Made by a program: the position numbers and the translations under genes. Positions 10,391-20,500 of a DNA stretch of 64,000 nucleotides are shown here, one piece after another. Each line of letters opens with the position of its first letter. The first letter of the stretch is position 1. The stretch is from Nitrospirota bacterium (GTDB lineage: Bacteria; Nitrospirota; UBA9217): positions 704,001-768,000 of the forward strand of contig CAWBNQ010000003.1 of the NCBI GenBank assembly GCA_963790205.1. The letters run 5' to 3'. The notes below the pieces were generated by a model. The model was not told the DNA's origin. It worked only from the letters and a program-made list of their open reading frames with translations, and ran no database searches.

Positions 10391-10659
10391 TGATGAAAAA
10401 AGAGCTGCTGATCGAAAACAAACTCGGCCTTCACGCCCGGGCTGCGGCCCAGATCGTGAAGTCCGCGAGCGCCTACACGTCGAAGATCACCCTGATGAAA
10501 GACGGCCTCGAAGTGGACGGCAAGAGCATCATGGGCATCATGATGCTCGCCGCTGCCAAGGGGAGCAGTGTCCTCCTTGAGGTGCGCGGCGAGGATGAGG
10601 GCCGGGCGGTGGCAGGGCTGGAGCAGCTGTTCAAGGACAAGTTCGGGGAGAAGGAATAG
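10390..10659 (+). CDS. ptsH: Phosphocarrier protein HPr
   Basis: NKLGLHARAAA (His15) and VDGKSIMGIMML (Ser46). Real start 10390. Confidence 0.96.
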   Translation: MMKKELLIENKLGLHARAAAQIVKSASAYTSKITLMKDGLEVDGKSIMGIMMLAAAKGSSVLLEVRGEDEGRAVAGLEQLFKDKFGEKE

Positions 10660-10714
10660 AGAAAGACAGCAAGCAGTAAACAGGAAGCACTCACCAGTGA
10701 ACAGGACAGAGATA

Positions 10715-12469
10715 ATGCACGAAAAAATATACAGAGGCATCGTGGCGTCGCCCGGCATCGTGATCGGCAGGGCTTACCTCCTCGACCGGCGAAAGATCGT
10801 GGTGGCGGGCCAGCGGATAGAGGACGTCAGCGTCAAGGACGAAGTGGCCCGGTTTAAGCGGGCGGTGGAGCTTTCAAGGACCCAGCTTGAGGACCTCAAA
10901 AAGCGCTTCAGCAAGGGCGTCGGAAAATCCCACCTCTATATCCTCGATACGCACATCATGCTTCTCGGGGACAAGATGCTGGTCGACGACACGGTCAAGC
11001 GGATCAAGGAATCGCACATCAACGCCGAGGGCGCGCTCACGGAAACCATTTCCGTGATCGGGCTCAAGTTCGACACGATCGAGGACGAATACCTCCGGGA
11101 GCGCAAACGCGACGTCGAACAGGTGGGGGAACGGGTCCTCAGGAACCTGGTCGGCCACCGCCAGGAGAGCCTCTCCAACATCAAGGACGAGGCGGTGATC
11201 ATCGCCCACGACCTTGCGCCGACCGATACGCTCCAGATGCGCAAGGACAAGATCCTGGGCTTCGCCACCGACGCGGGGAGCCGGACCTCCCACACGGCCA
11301 TCCTCGCCCGTTCGCTCGGCATCCCGGCGGCGGTCGGCCTCGAGAACATCACGGCGGCGGTCAAGACCGGGGACGTGGTCATCCTTGACGGCCTTCACGG
11401 CGTGGTGATCGTCGATCCCGACGAGGAGACGTTCCTCGACTACCTCAAAAAGCAGCGCCGGTATAAATACTTCGAGCAGGAGCTTGAAAAGCTCAAGACG
11501 CTTCCCGCCGAGACGCTCGACGGCCACGTGGTCCAGCTCCAGGGCAACATCGAGCTGCCCGAGGAAGCGACCTCCGCGGCGGACCACGGCGGGAGCGGCA
11601 TCGGCCTCTACCGCACGGAGTTCCTCTTTCTGAACCGGGAGACCCTGCCCACGGAAGAGGAGCATTACCGCGCCTACCGCCACGTGGCGGAGAAGGCCTA
11701 CCCGCATGAAGTGGTCATCCGCACGCTCGACGTGGGCGGCGACAAGATCGGCCTTCCCGGGGGCTTTGAAAAGGAATCGAACCCGGCTCTCGGTCTGCGG
11801 GCGATCCGTTTCTGCCTCCAGAAACGGGACCTCTTCCGGACGCAGCTCCGCGGCATCCTCAGGGCAACGGCGCACGGGAACATCAAGATCCTCTATCCTA
11901 TGATCTCCGGACTCCCGGAACTGTATGAAACCAAAAAGATCCTCGAAGAGGCGCGAACGGAACTCAGGGCGGAAGGCAAAAAATTCAACGAGCAGGCGGA
12001 AACCGGCATCATGATCGAGATCCCCTCGGCCGCAATGACCGCCGACCTGCTTGCCCGGGAAGTCGATTTCTTCAGCGTCGGCACCAACGACCTCATCCAG
12101 TACACGCTCGCGATCGACCGTCAGAACGAACATGTGGCATATATGTACGAGCCGCTCGACCCGGCCGTCCTCCGTCTGCTCCATCGCGTATCGGACGCCG
12201 CCCACAAAGCGAAGATCACCCTTGCGATGTGCGGCGAAATGGCGGGGGACCCGCTGTATGCCGCGATCCTGATCGGCATGGGGTTCCAGCACCTCAGCAT
12301 GAACGTCGCCTCGATCCCCTGGGTCAAGAAGGTGATCCGGTCGGTGCGCATGCAGGACGCGGTCGAGCTCGCGTCGCTCGTGATGCAGCAGCCCACGGCC
12401 GCGCTTGCGCGCAAGACCGCCGAAAACTTCATGGAAGACCGGTTCCCGGACCTCTGGGCGGAGCTGTAA
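10715..12469 (+). CDS. ptsI: PEP-protein phosphotransferase, PTS enzyme I
   Basis: GSRTSHTAILARS, GIGLYRTEFLF, RTLDVGGDK, NPALGLRAIR, GTNDLIQY, CGEMAG. Confidence 0.97.
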   Translation: MHEKIYRGIVASPGIVIGRAYLLDRRKIVVAGQRIEDVSVKDEVARFKRAVELSRTQLEDLKKRFSKGVGKSHLYILDTHIMLLGDKMLVDDTVKRIKESHINAEGALTETISVIGLKFDTIEDEYLRERKRDVEQVGERVLRNLVGHRQESLSNIKDEAVIIAHDLAPTDTLQMRKDKILGFATDAGSRTSHTAILARSLGIPAAVGLENITAAVKTGDVVILDGLHGVVIVDPDEETFLDYLKKQRRYKYFEQELEKLKTLPAETLDGHVVQLQGNIELPEEATSAADHGGSGIGLYRTEFLFLNRETLPTEEEHYRAYRHVAEKAYPHEVVIRTLDVGGDKIGLPGGFEKESNPALGLRAIRFCLQKRDLFRTQLRGILRATAHGNIKILYPMISGLPELYETKKILEEARTELRAEGKKFNEQAETGIMIEIPSAAMTADLLAREVDFFSVGTNDLIQYTLAIDRQNEHVAYMYEPLDPAVLRLLHRVSDAAHKAKITLAMCGEMAGDPLYAAILIGMGFQHLSMNVASIPWVKKVIRSVRMQDAVELASLVMQQPTAALARKTAENFMEDRFPDLWAEL

Positions 12470-12489
12470 GGAATTTCAGATTTCGAATT

Positions 12490-12592
12490 CACCCTGCACT
12501 CGCGCGAGACACAATACTTAGACCCATTGTCGTACCATCTCGCCGAGTATCGCGAGACGGGAATCAAGGGCCTCATAAACGCTGGGCGCAGG
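12490..12592 (+). repeat. Fixed-end, variable-core hairpin element, copy 1 (103 bp), inside a heptamer repeat tract
   Basis: CACCCTGCACTCGCG...AACGCTGGGCGCAGG. Same ends at 37468 and 59034. Confidence 0.8.
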
Positions 12593-12678
12593 CGGATTGC
12601 GGAACAGAAAACAAGAAACTTATGAATTTCAATTCGCAATCCGCAACCCGCATTCCGCAATAGTAAAGGAGTACAGCA

Positions 12679-13806
12679 GTGCAGCATACGGAAAATGCAA
12701 TATCCAATCCCCCGGGCACGCTTGAAAGCGCCCAAAAGACTGCAAGAGTTCACGGCGGCAACATCCATGGGGCGATAAAGCGTTACGGGCTCGAAGGAAA
12801 AAAGGTCCTCGACTTCAGCTCGAACGTCAACCCGCTCGGGCCCTCAAAAACGGCCAGGCAAGCGGCTAAAAAGGCGCTTGCGCTTATCGACCGCTATCCC
12901 GATCCCGATATGACCGAGTTAAGGAAAGCGATCGCGCGTTATTTCGGTATCAAACCAGGGCAGGTCATCTGCGGGAACGGGTCGAACGAACTCATTCATC
13001 TCATCCCGCGCGTGTTCAGGCCGAAAAAGGTCCTGGTCCCCATGCCGACCTTCACGGAATATGCCGCGGCCGTGGAAGAGGCCGGAGGAGAGGTCGTGCC
13101 GCTCCGGCTCGATGAACGGGAAGGGTTCCGGGTCGACCCCCTCGAAATGGCCTTCGCGCTCAAAGGAATGGACATGGCCTTCCTCTGCAATCCCAACAAT
13201 CCCACGGGCCTGCTCATGACCAGGGCGGAGACGGCCGAACTCATGGGACACGCGTTTCAATACGGAGTGAGACTGGTCGTCGATGAAGCGTTCATGGATT
13301 TCATCGAATCCGAATCGATCGTCAAGCAGGCCGTGGAAGCTTCGCAGCTCATCTGCCTCAGGTCCTTTGCCAAGTTCTTCGGCATGCCGGGCCTGAGGAT
13401 CGGATATGCCGTGTCCGATGAAGCGACGATAGCGGCCCTCCGGGCGGGCCAGGAGCCATGGGCCGTTAATATTCCGGCGGAGCATGCGGCCATTGCCGCG
13501 TTGAACGACTGGCGGTACATCAAAAAGACGCGCCGGGTGATCGAGAAGGAGCGTGACCGGCTCCTGTCGGACCTCCGGCTTCTGCCCGGCGTGGAGCCCT
13601 TTCCCAGCGCTGCAAACTTCATCTTCGTGAAAGTCGGTTCCTTCGACGCGCCCCTGCTCGTCGAGAAGCTCGGCCGCCGGGGCCTCCTGGTCCGCGACTG
13701 CTCCTCCTTTCCCGGTCTCGACAACGGTTTTGTGAGGATCGCGGTCCGGACGGGCCGGGAGAACCGCCGCCTTGTCAAGGCCCTGCGGGGGCTGCTGACC
13801 CGGTAA
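12679..13806 (+). CDS. cobD: Threonine-phosphate decarboxylase (PLP class I/II aminotransferase fold)
   Basis: HGGN, LDFSSNVNPLG, YPDP, GNGSNELI, CNPNNPTG, DEAFMDF, RSFAKFFGMPGLRIGY, VRDCSSFPGL. Confidence 0.85.
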   Translation: MQHTENAISNPPGTLESAQKTARVHGGNIHGAIKRYGLEGKKVLDFSSNVNPLGPSKTARQAAKKALALIDRYPDPDMTELRKAIARYFGIKPGQVICGNGSNELIHLIPRVFRPKKVLVPMPTFTEYAAAVEEAGGEVVPLRLDEREGFRVDPLEMAFALKGMDMAFLCNPNNPTGLLMTRAETAELMGHAFQYGVRLVVDEAFMDFIESESIVKQAVEASQLICLRSFAKFFGMPGLRIGYAVSDEATIAALRAGQEPWAVNIPAEHAAIAALNDWRYIKKTRRVIEKERDRLLSDLRLLPGVEPFPSAANFIFVKVGSFDAPLLVEKLGRRGLLVRDCSSFPGLDNGFVRIAVRTGRENRRLVKALRGLLTR

Positions 13807-14366
13807 ACGGCCCTGCTCCGCCGGCCCGCAACAGGCAAGTGGTCCTGCCTTGTCCACAGTCAATCATGCCGTAAGGCTTTAAAACCCCGGCCCTCTGCTC
13901 CATTCACGGGAACTTCGTGCACACGGGAATACAAACTCGGAAAATCAGAAGTCCGTTTCGGAACGATCGGTGTGATCTTCATTGGCGACGGAGCGCCTAC
14001 TCTCTACCTTGTGGCCGGCTCCGGCAACGCGATCACCGAAATATGCGAGGCCAAGAGCACCGCTATGGCCGCCATCAGCTACAAACCTGCCGCCCTGCAC
14101 GCGGGCCATGTATTTCTGCAACAAAGTGTTCTCAGGTTTTTCGAAGCTGAAAATCAGGGTTTCCCCGATTGACTTTCGAGTTCTAAAATATTATGGTTGA
14201 TGGAAAAAAGCAGGTTGCTCCAAAAGTACTTTCTGAAAATAGCACTTCCTTGCATTTACTGGTTCGACGATTCACGGTTAGAACAGTATCAGTATTCCCG
14301 CTTTCGCATTGCCGCATTACCTCGTTTAGCTTTTGCTTTAAAAATAAAATAAACGGAGAACAGACC

Positions 14367-14997
14367 ATGCAGGCTGCTGCTTGTATTCGAGGGAATGGAC
14401 GTGCGTTACTTTGCCTGAGTTTTTTCTTACTGCTTTCATTCGCTCATTCGTCTCCGGCGCAGCAGGTTCCTCCCGGCACCGTTAGCTGCACTGAAAGTGA
14501 TGATCGCAATGGTGAATACTATAAGGCATGTTCGGTAACGTGCGGGCCTGCGGATTGGGGCTATTCCGTTGATATCAGCATTTACGGCGATATTTGGGAT
14601 GCCCGTATAGGGGGGTACGGATGGGTTGAAACAGGATCCTACGGCGTGGCTTTGCAATGCGTAAATGGGTGGACAGCTAGTTGGGTGAACGTGGAATATG
14701 ATACCGAGGCATGGGTTGATTTCGACAACTGGGTGGCGATTCCCATTCCGGCCCCGCCCGCCGTCACCATCAACCCCGTGACCACACCGACGAATCTGCA
14801 AAGCCAGATGCTCAGCGGGACCATGAAGACAGGATCCACAATTGCGGTCACTTGCCCGACGGCAACAGTCGGCTCCGTGACCTATCCCACGTCCACATCA
14901 TGGACGGCAACGCTCAATATGCAGCCGGGGAACAATGCAATAACCGTTATTGCTACGGATTCCGCGGGCACTCCGTCCGCTCTTCAGACAAGCATAA
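14367..14997 (+). pseudogene. 5' part of a giant secreted RCC1/Ig-repeat protein gene (signal peptide, 4-Cys domain, Ig-like domain), cut by the mobile element
   Basis: GGAG RBS then ATG 14367 and a hydrophobic signal. Rejoins in frame to 17570 as ...QTSI-T-VNFPGTV... Confidence 0.85.
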
Positions 14998-15304
14998 TGT
15001 TAAGGCTTCTTTCTGAACGCTTTATTCAGAAAGAAGCTGGTTGGGCTAAGCCGTTGCGCGCCACGTCGCTATGGGATTTCAAATGATTTGTCAGCTTAAA
15101 ACGAAGTCCGCGGAGACAGCATTGGCAGGGGCGTGAGACTTGTTCGGGTGAAAAGCGGCGATTCCGGACTGCTCCGCAAGCCCCTTTCGTAAAAGACTAT
15201 ACAGGAAAAAGGGCTTTTGGGCAATAGGGTATCGTTGCGAAAGACGTGACTTTTTTCGGGGATGGATGTCGGAGTCGGGTTGTTCATTTCAGTGCTTGTG
15301 GTAA

Positions 15305-16498
15305 TCATATTCGCGGCGGTCCTTTGCAGCGCGCGGGCTGCATGATCTCGATTGTGCGCATTCTGCGTTCGCCGCAGGCAGGGCATTTGGCCACGTCAAT
15401 GCCGGCGATCCTGAGCAAAGCTTCCTGCCACGTCTCAGTCTTCTGCTCCGCCTCGTTCTGATCAACGCAGGCCAGAAGCTCTCTGCATTGGTCGAGTTTC
15501 TTTCTGCGGCATCTGTTTCCCAACAGACCGTAATGCCTGATTTTGACAAACCGGTCGGGCAGGACATGAAGCAGGAACCGCCGGATGAACTCATCGGCGT
15601 CCACGGTCATGATCTTGCTTTTGTTGCTGTCCGCGTAGTCGCGCCACCGGAAGGAGATCTTGTCGTCCATCATCTTCACGAGCCGGTGATTGCTGATCGC
15701 GATACGGTGGGTGTATCTGCCGAGATACTCAAGAACGCCTTTTGTTCCGTCGAACGGCGGCTTACAATAGACGACCCACTGCTTCTTGTACAAATCGGCG
15801 ATGAAGGCCTTGAAAACTCCCGGCGACGCAAGATGGCTTACGACGCCGGGGTAGACAAGTTTGTTCTCGGCACGGAGTTTTTTCAGATAAGCGAGAAACT
15901 TCCCCCGAAAGAGTTTCGACATGACCTTGACGGGAAGGAAAAAGCCATTCTTGCATGATTTCCATTTCCGTCCGCCCTTGGACAATCCGCCGCCGGTGAC
16001 GATGTTGTGGAGATGCGGATGATCCATAAGGTTCTGTCCCCAGGTGTGCAGGATCGAGATAAAACCGATTTCCGCGCCCAAGTGTTTCTGCGTATTCGAG
16101 AGTTCCGTCAGGGTTTCCGAAACGGCCTTGAACAGGATCCCGTAGAGGGCCTCCTGGTTCCGGAGCACAAGGGGATTGAGTTTATCGGGGATGGTAAAAA
16201 CGACATGGAAGTAAGGAATGGGAAGCAGGTCTTCTTCCCGGGCCTCGATCCACTGCTCTTTTTTAAGGAACTGGCACTTGGGGCAATGCCGGTTTCTGCA
16301 GGAGTTGTACGAGATCACTTTTGTCCCGCAGTGCTCGCATTCGTCCACGTGACCGCCTTGGTCGGCGGTGCGGCAGGTCTCGATCGCCCGCATGGCGCGA
16401 AGACGATTCAAGGGCATGGGATGAGCGTTCCGGTAAAGAGGACCGTACCGGCGAAAGATGTCCGCGACTTCGATCTGTAGGCTATCTCGCGTGTACAC
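15305..16498 (-). CDS. IS91-family rolling-circle transposase (Zn-binding domain + Y2 domain)
   Basis: CRT..GG...C..C...SCRNRHCPKCQ, YFHVVFT.P, HTWG...HPHLH (HUH), YLGRY (YxxxY), KIRHYGLL, C-terminal CPAC. Confidence 0.93.
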   Translation of the reverse strand: MYTRDSLQIEVADIFRRYGPLYRNAHPMPLNRLRAMRAIETCRTADQGGHVDECEHCGTKVISYNSCRNRHCPKCQFLKKEQWIEAREEDLLPIPYFHVVFTIPDKLNPLVLRNQEALYGILFKAVSETLTELSNTQKHLGAEIGFISILHTWGQNLMDHPHLHNIVTGGGLSKGGRKWKSCKNGFFLPVKVMSKLFRGKFLAYLKKLRAENKLVYPGVVSHLASPGVFKAFIADLYKKQWVVYCKPPFDGTKGVLEYLGRYTHRIAISNHRLVKMMDDKISFRWRDYADSNKSKIMTVDADEFIRRFLLHVLPDRFVKIRHYGLLGNRCRRKKLDQCRELLACVDQNEAEQKTETWQEALLRIAGIDVAKCPACGERRMRTIEIMQPARCKGPPRI

Positions 16499-16519
16499 CG
16501 CGGGTGTCGCGTGTGCAGG

Positions 16520-17377
16520 CTACGAGGTTTGTGGAGGATTTAAGAAGGGGCCTAAGTCCAGAGGGCTCACGATCTTTGAGAGGTTCTTTTTGCTCACGTG
16601 GAGATAAATAGTGGTCGTTCTCACCGACGCATGGCCGAGCAGAAGCTGAATATAGTGCAGATCAGCTCCCGACTCCAGCAGGTGTGTGGCGAAGCTATGC
16701 CGAAGCGTGTGACAACTTGCCGGCTTCGTGATGCCGGCTTTTTTCTTCGCGCGTTTGAACGCCTCTTGGACGGTGCTAATGGAAATGTAGTTTTCAGGCT
16801 TTTCTCCCGGAAAGAGCCAATGCGTCGGTCTATATTCTTTCCAGTATTCCCGAAGCGCTTCCAGCGCTACCTGGGATAAAAGGGTATACCGGTCTTTTTT
16901 GCCTTTGCCCTGGTCCACGCGTATCAGCATACGGCTGCTGTCGATGTCCGTGATCTTGAGCCGGGCGGTCTCGCTCGCCCGGAGCCCTGCCGAGTAGGTC
17001 ACCATCAGCATCACGCGCTGCTTCAGGCTGGGAGTGGCTTCGAACATGGCCTGTACCTCCTCCCGTTCGAGAACGATAGGAAGTGTCTTGGTCGTCTTCG
17101 GATAGGGAATCTTGTCCATCACCCAACCTTTGCCCAGCGTCGTTTCATAGAGGAACCGCAGCGCGCTGTAAGTTATCTTCAGGGTGGATAGCGATACCTT
17201 CTTATCCCGGACGAGGTAAAGCAGATACGCTTTGACATCGCCGTCTTCCAAAAGGTCGGGCGGTTTTTTAAAATGGCGTTCCATATCGCGCGCCGCCCGG
17301 TGATACAATGATTGCGTCTTCGGGGCTAATCCTCGAAGCACCATGTCGCCCTGCATCTGTTCTTTGAACGTTTCCAT
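16520..17377 (-). CDS. Tyrosine recombinase (phage integrase family, SAM-like N-terminal domain)
   Basis: Catalytic residues all present: YSAGLR, QGKGKKDR, HTLRHSFATHLLE, LLGH, TTTIY. Confidence 0.95.
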   Translation of the reverse strand: METFKEQMQGDMVLRGLAPKTQSLYHRAARDMERHFKKPPDLLEDGDVKAYLLYLVRDKKVSLSTLKITYSALRFLYETTLGKGWVMDKIPYPKTTKTLPIVLEREEVQAMFEATPSLKQRVMLMVTYSAGLRASETARLKITDIDSSRMLIRVDQGKGKKDRYTLLSQVALEALREYWKEYRPTHWLFPGEKPENYISISTVQEAFKRAKKKAGITKPASCHTLRHSFATHLLESGADLHYIQLLLGHASVRTTTIYLHVSKKNLSKIVSPLDLGPFLNPPQTS

Positions 17378-17569
17378 TGCATAATCTCCTTCCGTTGAAT
17401 CGAAATTCCAACGGCATGACGCCGATGGTGATGCGAAAGAAGATTGTAGAACGGTCAGGATTATGAAGCAAGGAGCGAGACGAAGAAAATCTATCGAGAT
17501 ATGCGGGGATGAATTGTAGAGAGACTTATTGGAATGCGAATAACACCGCCGCGCAGCGGCTTAGTTCAA

Positions 17570-20500
17570 CGGTCAATTTCCCCGGCACGGTCAGGTGCGA
17601 TGCATATGATAACGGAGGCGATTGGACAACGTGGTGTTCGATAACCTGCGCGCCTGCAGCTTCGGGCTATTCCGTTGATATCACCGTTAATGTCGCCGCT
17701 TCCGAGCTTGCCGAAGTAAATGCGGGAGGAGCATTCGGTCCTCCCGGCGGAACTTATACTCAGAGTGTGCAATGCAATAATGGGGTGGCATTCGCTTCAG
17801 TAGACGTGTACTATTTCGGCGGCGCCCCTAACACAACGTTTTCTTTCAATAACTGGACGCCGATCATCCCCCCTGGTACAGACGCCACGCCGCCCGCGGG
17901 CAGTTTTGCGATCAACAACGGAGCAGCCTCCACGAACAACGCATCGGTAACATTGACGCTCAACGCGACGGACAGCCAGAGCGGCGTCTCCCAGATGCAG
18001 TTCAGTAATGATAATACGACCTGGTCGACTGCTGAGCCTTACGCAGCGGCAAAGAGCTGGACCCTGGCCGCAGGCGACGGGGCGAAAACGGTATCCGCGA
18101 AGTTCAAGGACAATGCAGGCAACTGGTCAACGGCCGTTTCCAGCTTCATCCAGTTCGACACCTTGCCGCCGGCAACATCCGCCACGCCGGCGGGCGGCGT
18201 ATACGGCCCGGGCCTCATGGTGACTCTGGCGTCGAACGAAACCGCGACGATCTACTACACGACGGACGGAACCATGCCGACCACGGGTTCGGCGGCCTAT
18301 GTTGGGCCGATAAGCATATTTGCCGCGACGACGTTCAAGTACTTCGCTCTCGACACAGCAGGTAACAGCGGGCCGGTCAATACCGCCATCTATGAGATCG
18401 CCGCCTCTCCGCCTCTAGAAAGCCTGCTGATCAACAACGGAGCAGTCTATACGAACAGTCTGTCGGTGACGCTTACGCTCAGCTGCCCCGACGCGCTGAG
18501 CGGGTGTGCTTCAATGCAGTTCAGCAACGATAACAGTACCTGGTCGATGGTGGAGGCATTCACGCCGGCCAAGACATGGCAGCTTTCACCGGGGGACGGA
18601 CGGAAGACCGTGTACGCGAAGTTCATAAATGGCGCGGGGAACATAGCCGTATGCAGCGCCGCGATTATGCTTGATACGGGCCCACTGTCAACAACGTTAT
18701 CAACCAACCCACTATCGCCTGATGGCGTCGACGGCTGGTTTAAAACAATACCGACGATTGCGTTAAGCAGCAACGTATCGGGCACGACTTACTATCGGTG
18801 GGGGACAGGTGGATATTATTCTTCAAGACAACCCCATGAATGGATAAGCGATGGCACTCCTCTCAATATCCGCGGCGATGAAACCGGCAATTGGTATACT
18901 TTACCATTCAGTTTCACGTTCTACGGCACCAGTTACAACCAGGTCTTTCTCTCAAGCAACGGTCTGATGAGTTTTGAATCGGAAATCGCCGATTATTACG
19001 ATGGAGCGGGCCTGTCCAGCAGGCTCGCCATAGCCCCCTTGTGGGATGATCTGCAAACGGATACGCGTCCAGGTGATGATATTTATGTATTCCAGCCTGA
19101 TGCGGACTCAGTCGGATTCAGATGGCAAGCAGTAACCTATGGCAGCGAAATAGATACCAACTTCGAGGTCATTCTTTACCGCGACGGACGTATACGGTTC
19201 AATTACGACACACAAAACGGTGGTCTATACGGGACTATCGGAATTTCCAAGGGTGACGGCGTAAATTACAGCGTAGCATACGACGGTGATATTTCCACTA
19301 CGAATCATAGGGATTCTATTGTGTTTGCGCCAAGTAGGTGGAATGTCTACACAAACCCATTTGCCGCATTCAATGGAGAAAATATTTTATATTATTACAC
19401 CGCAGATAATAGTGGACATGTTGAAACAGCGAAGAATCAGTTATTCAAGGTCGATACCATCGTACCGATCGTAAGCATCACCTCGCCCCTGGCCGGGTTG
19501 ACAAACAATACCATGCCTCTGTTTAGTTACACGCTGAGCAAGGTTACGTCCACCAATACCGTGATGGTGGATGGAGTGACGGTGAATAAGCTGTCCGGCG
19601 ATACGTTGGATCCACTATCGTCAGGTCCGCATACGGTGCGGGTGGATGTCACTGACTATGCCGGAAATACGGCTTTTGCGGAGGTTGTATTCACGGTAGT
19701 GTCCTACGCGCCGAGCGTGAGCATCGTTTCGCCCGCGGCTGGGGCCGCGAACAATAGCAGGCCACTTTTGAGTTACCTGGTGAACTACGGCACGGTGACG
19801 GTGAAAGTAGACGGCGTAGCGGTAAATAAAACATCAGGAAACAATTTAGACGTACTTGCCGACGGACGGCATGCGGTGCGTGTGGAATCCGTGGATGCTT
19901 CGGGACATACAACTTTTTCCGAGGTGAAATTTGTCGTTGATACTACCCCCCCGCTGGCATCGGGTATGCCGAATTTCATTAAAATTGCTGCCGGAGACAT
20001 TCATTCAACGGCTATTACGAGTGATGGAAATATGTGGCAGTGGGGGCGCATACTTGATGAAAACGCATTAGAAGGTCGGTGGACCGATGTTGCCTCGCCT
20101 ACCCCAGCAGGCACAGCCTATGCGTGGACAGCAGTTGCTACCGGCTTGTCCAGCAATTTGGCTCTCAAGGCCGATGGAACATTATGGGCATGGGGAAATA
20201 ATCTATACGGTCAGTTGGGAGACGGTACTAATGTAGATAAATATTCACCGGTTCAGGTCGGCACAGCCGCCGATTGGAAGACGGTCTCCACGAGTGGTTT
20301 GCACAGTGTAGCTTTGAAAAACAACGGGACCTTATGGGCGTGGGGTGCTAACGAGTATGGCCAATTAGGGGGCGGTGCCCGTTACCGACAGTATACCGCG
20401 GTTCAGATCGGCCATGATACAAACTGGGCCGCAGTCTCAACAGGAAGTTGCCATACCATTGCGCTCAAGTCCGACGGTACCTTGTGGGCATGGGGCGCAA

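Larger units (their letters stand above)
14998..17569 (-). mobile_element. 2,572-bp element encoding a tyrosine recombinase and an IS91-type (Y2 HUH) transposase
   Basis: Removing 14998-17569 restores the host frame (AGC ATA ACG GTC AAT). Only AA is shared at both junctions. Internal inverted repeats at 15005-15037 and 15040-15060/17550-17570. Confidence 0.9.

Noticed and set aside
13917..14200. Short ORFs between cobD and the island
   Set aside because: No RBS or recognisable motif. They may be a decayed gene, but I cannot support that.
14240..14256. Sigma-54 promoter (TAGCACTTCCTTGCA) upstream of the giant gene
   Set aside because: It lacks the invariant GG and the spacing to GC is one base short.
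16520..17377. Integron integrase or host XerC/XerD
   Set aside because: At 285 aa it lacks the IntI-specific insertion, has no cassette array, and lies inside a defined element.
17509..17569. ATG at 17509 as the start of the 1757-aa ORF, and the 14998-15086 tail of the 297-aa ORF
   Set aside because: Both are read-through into mobile-element DNA. The 17509 product has no signal peptide.
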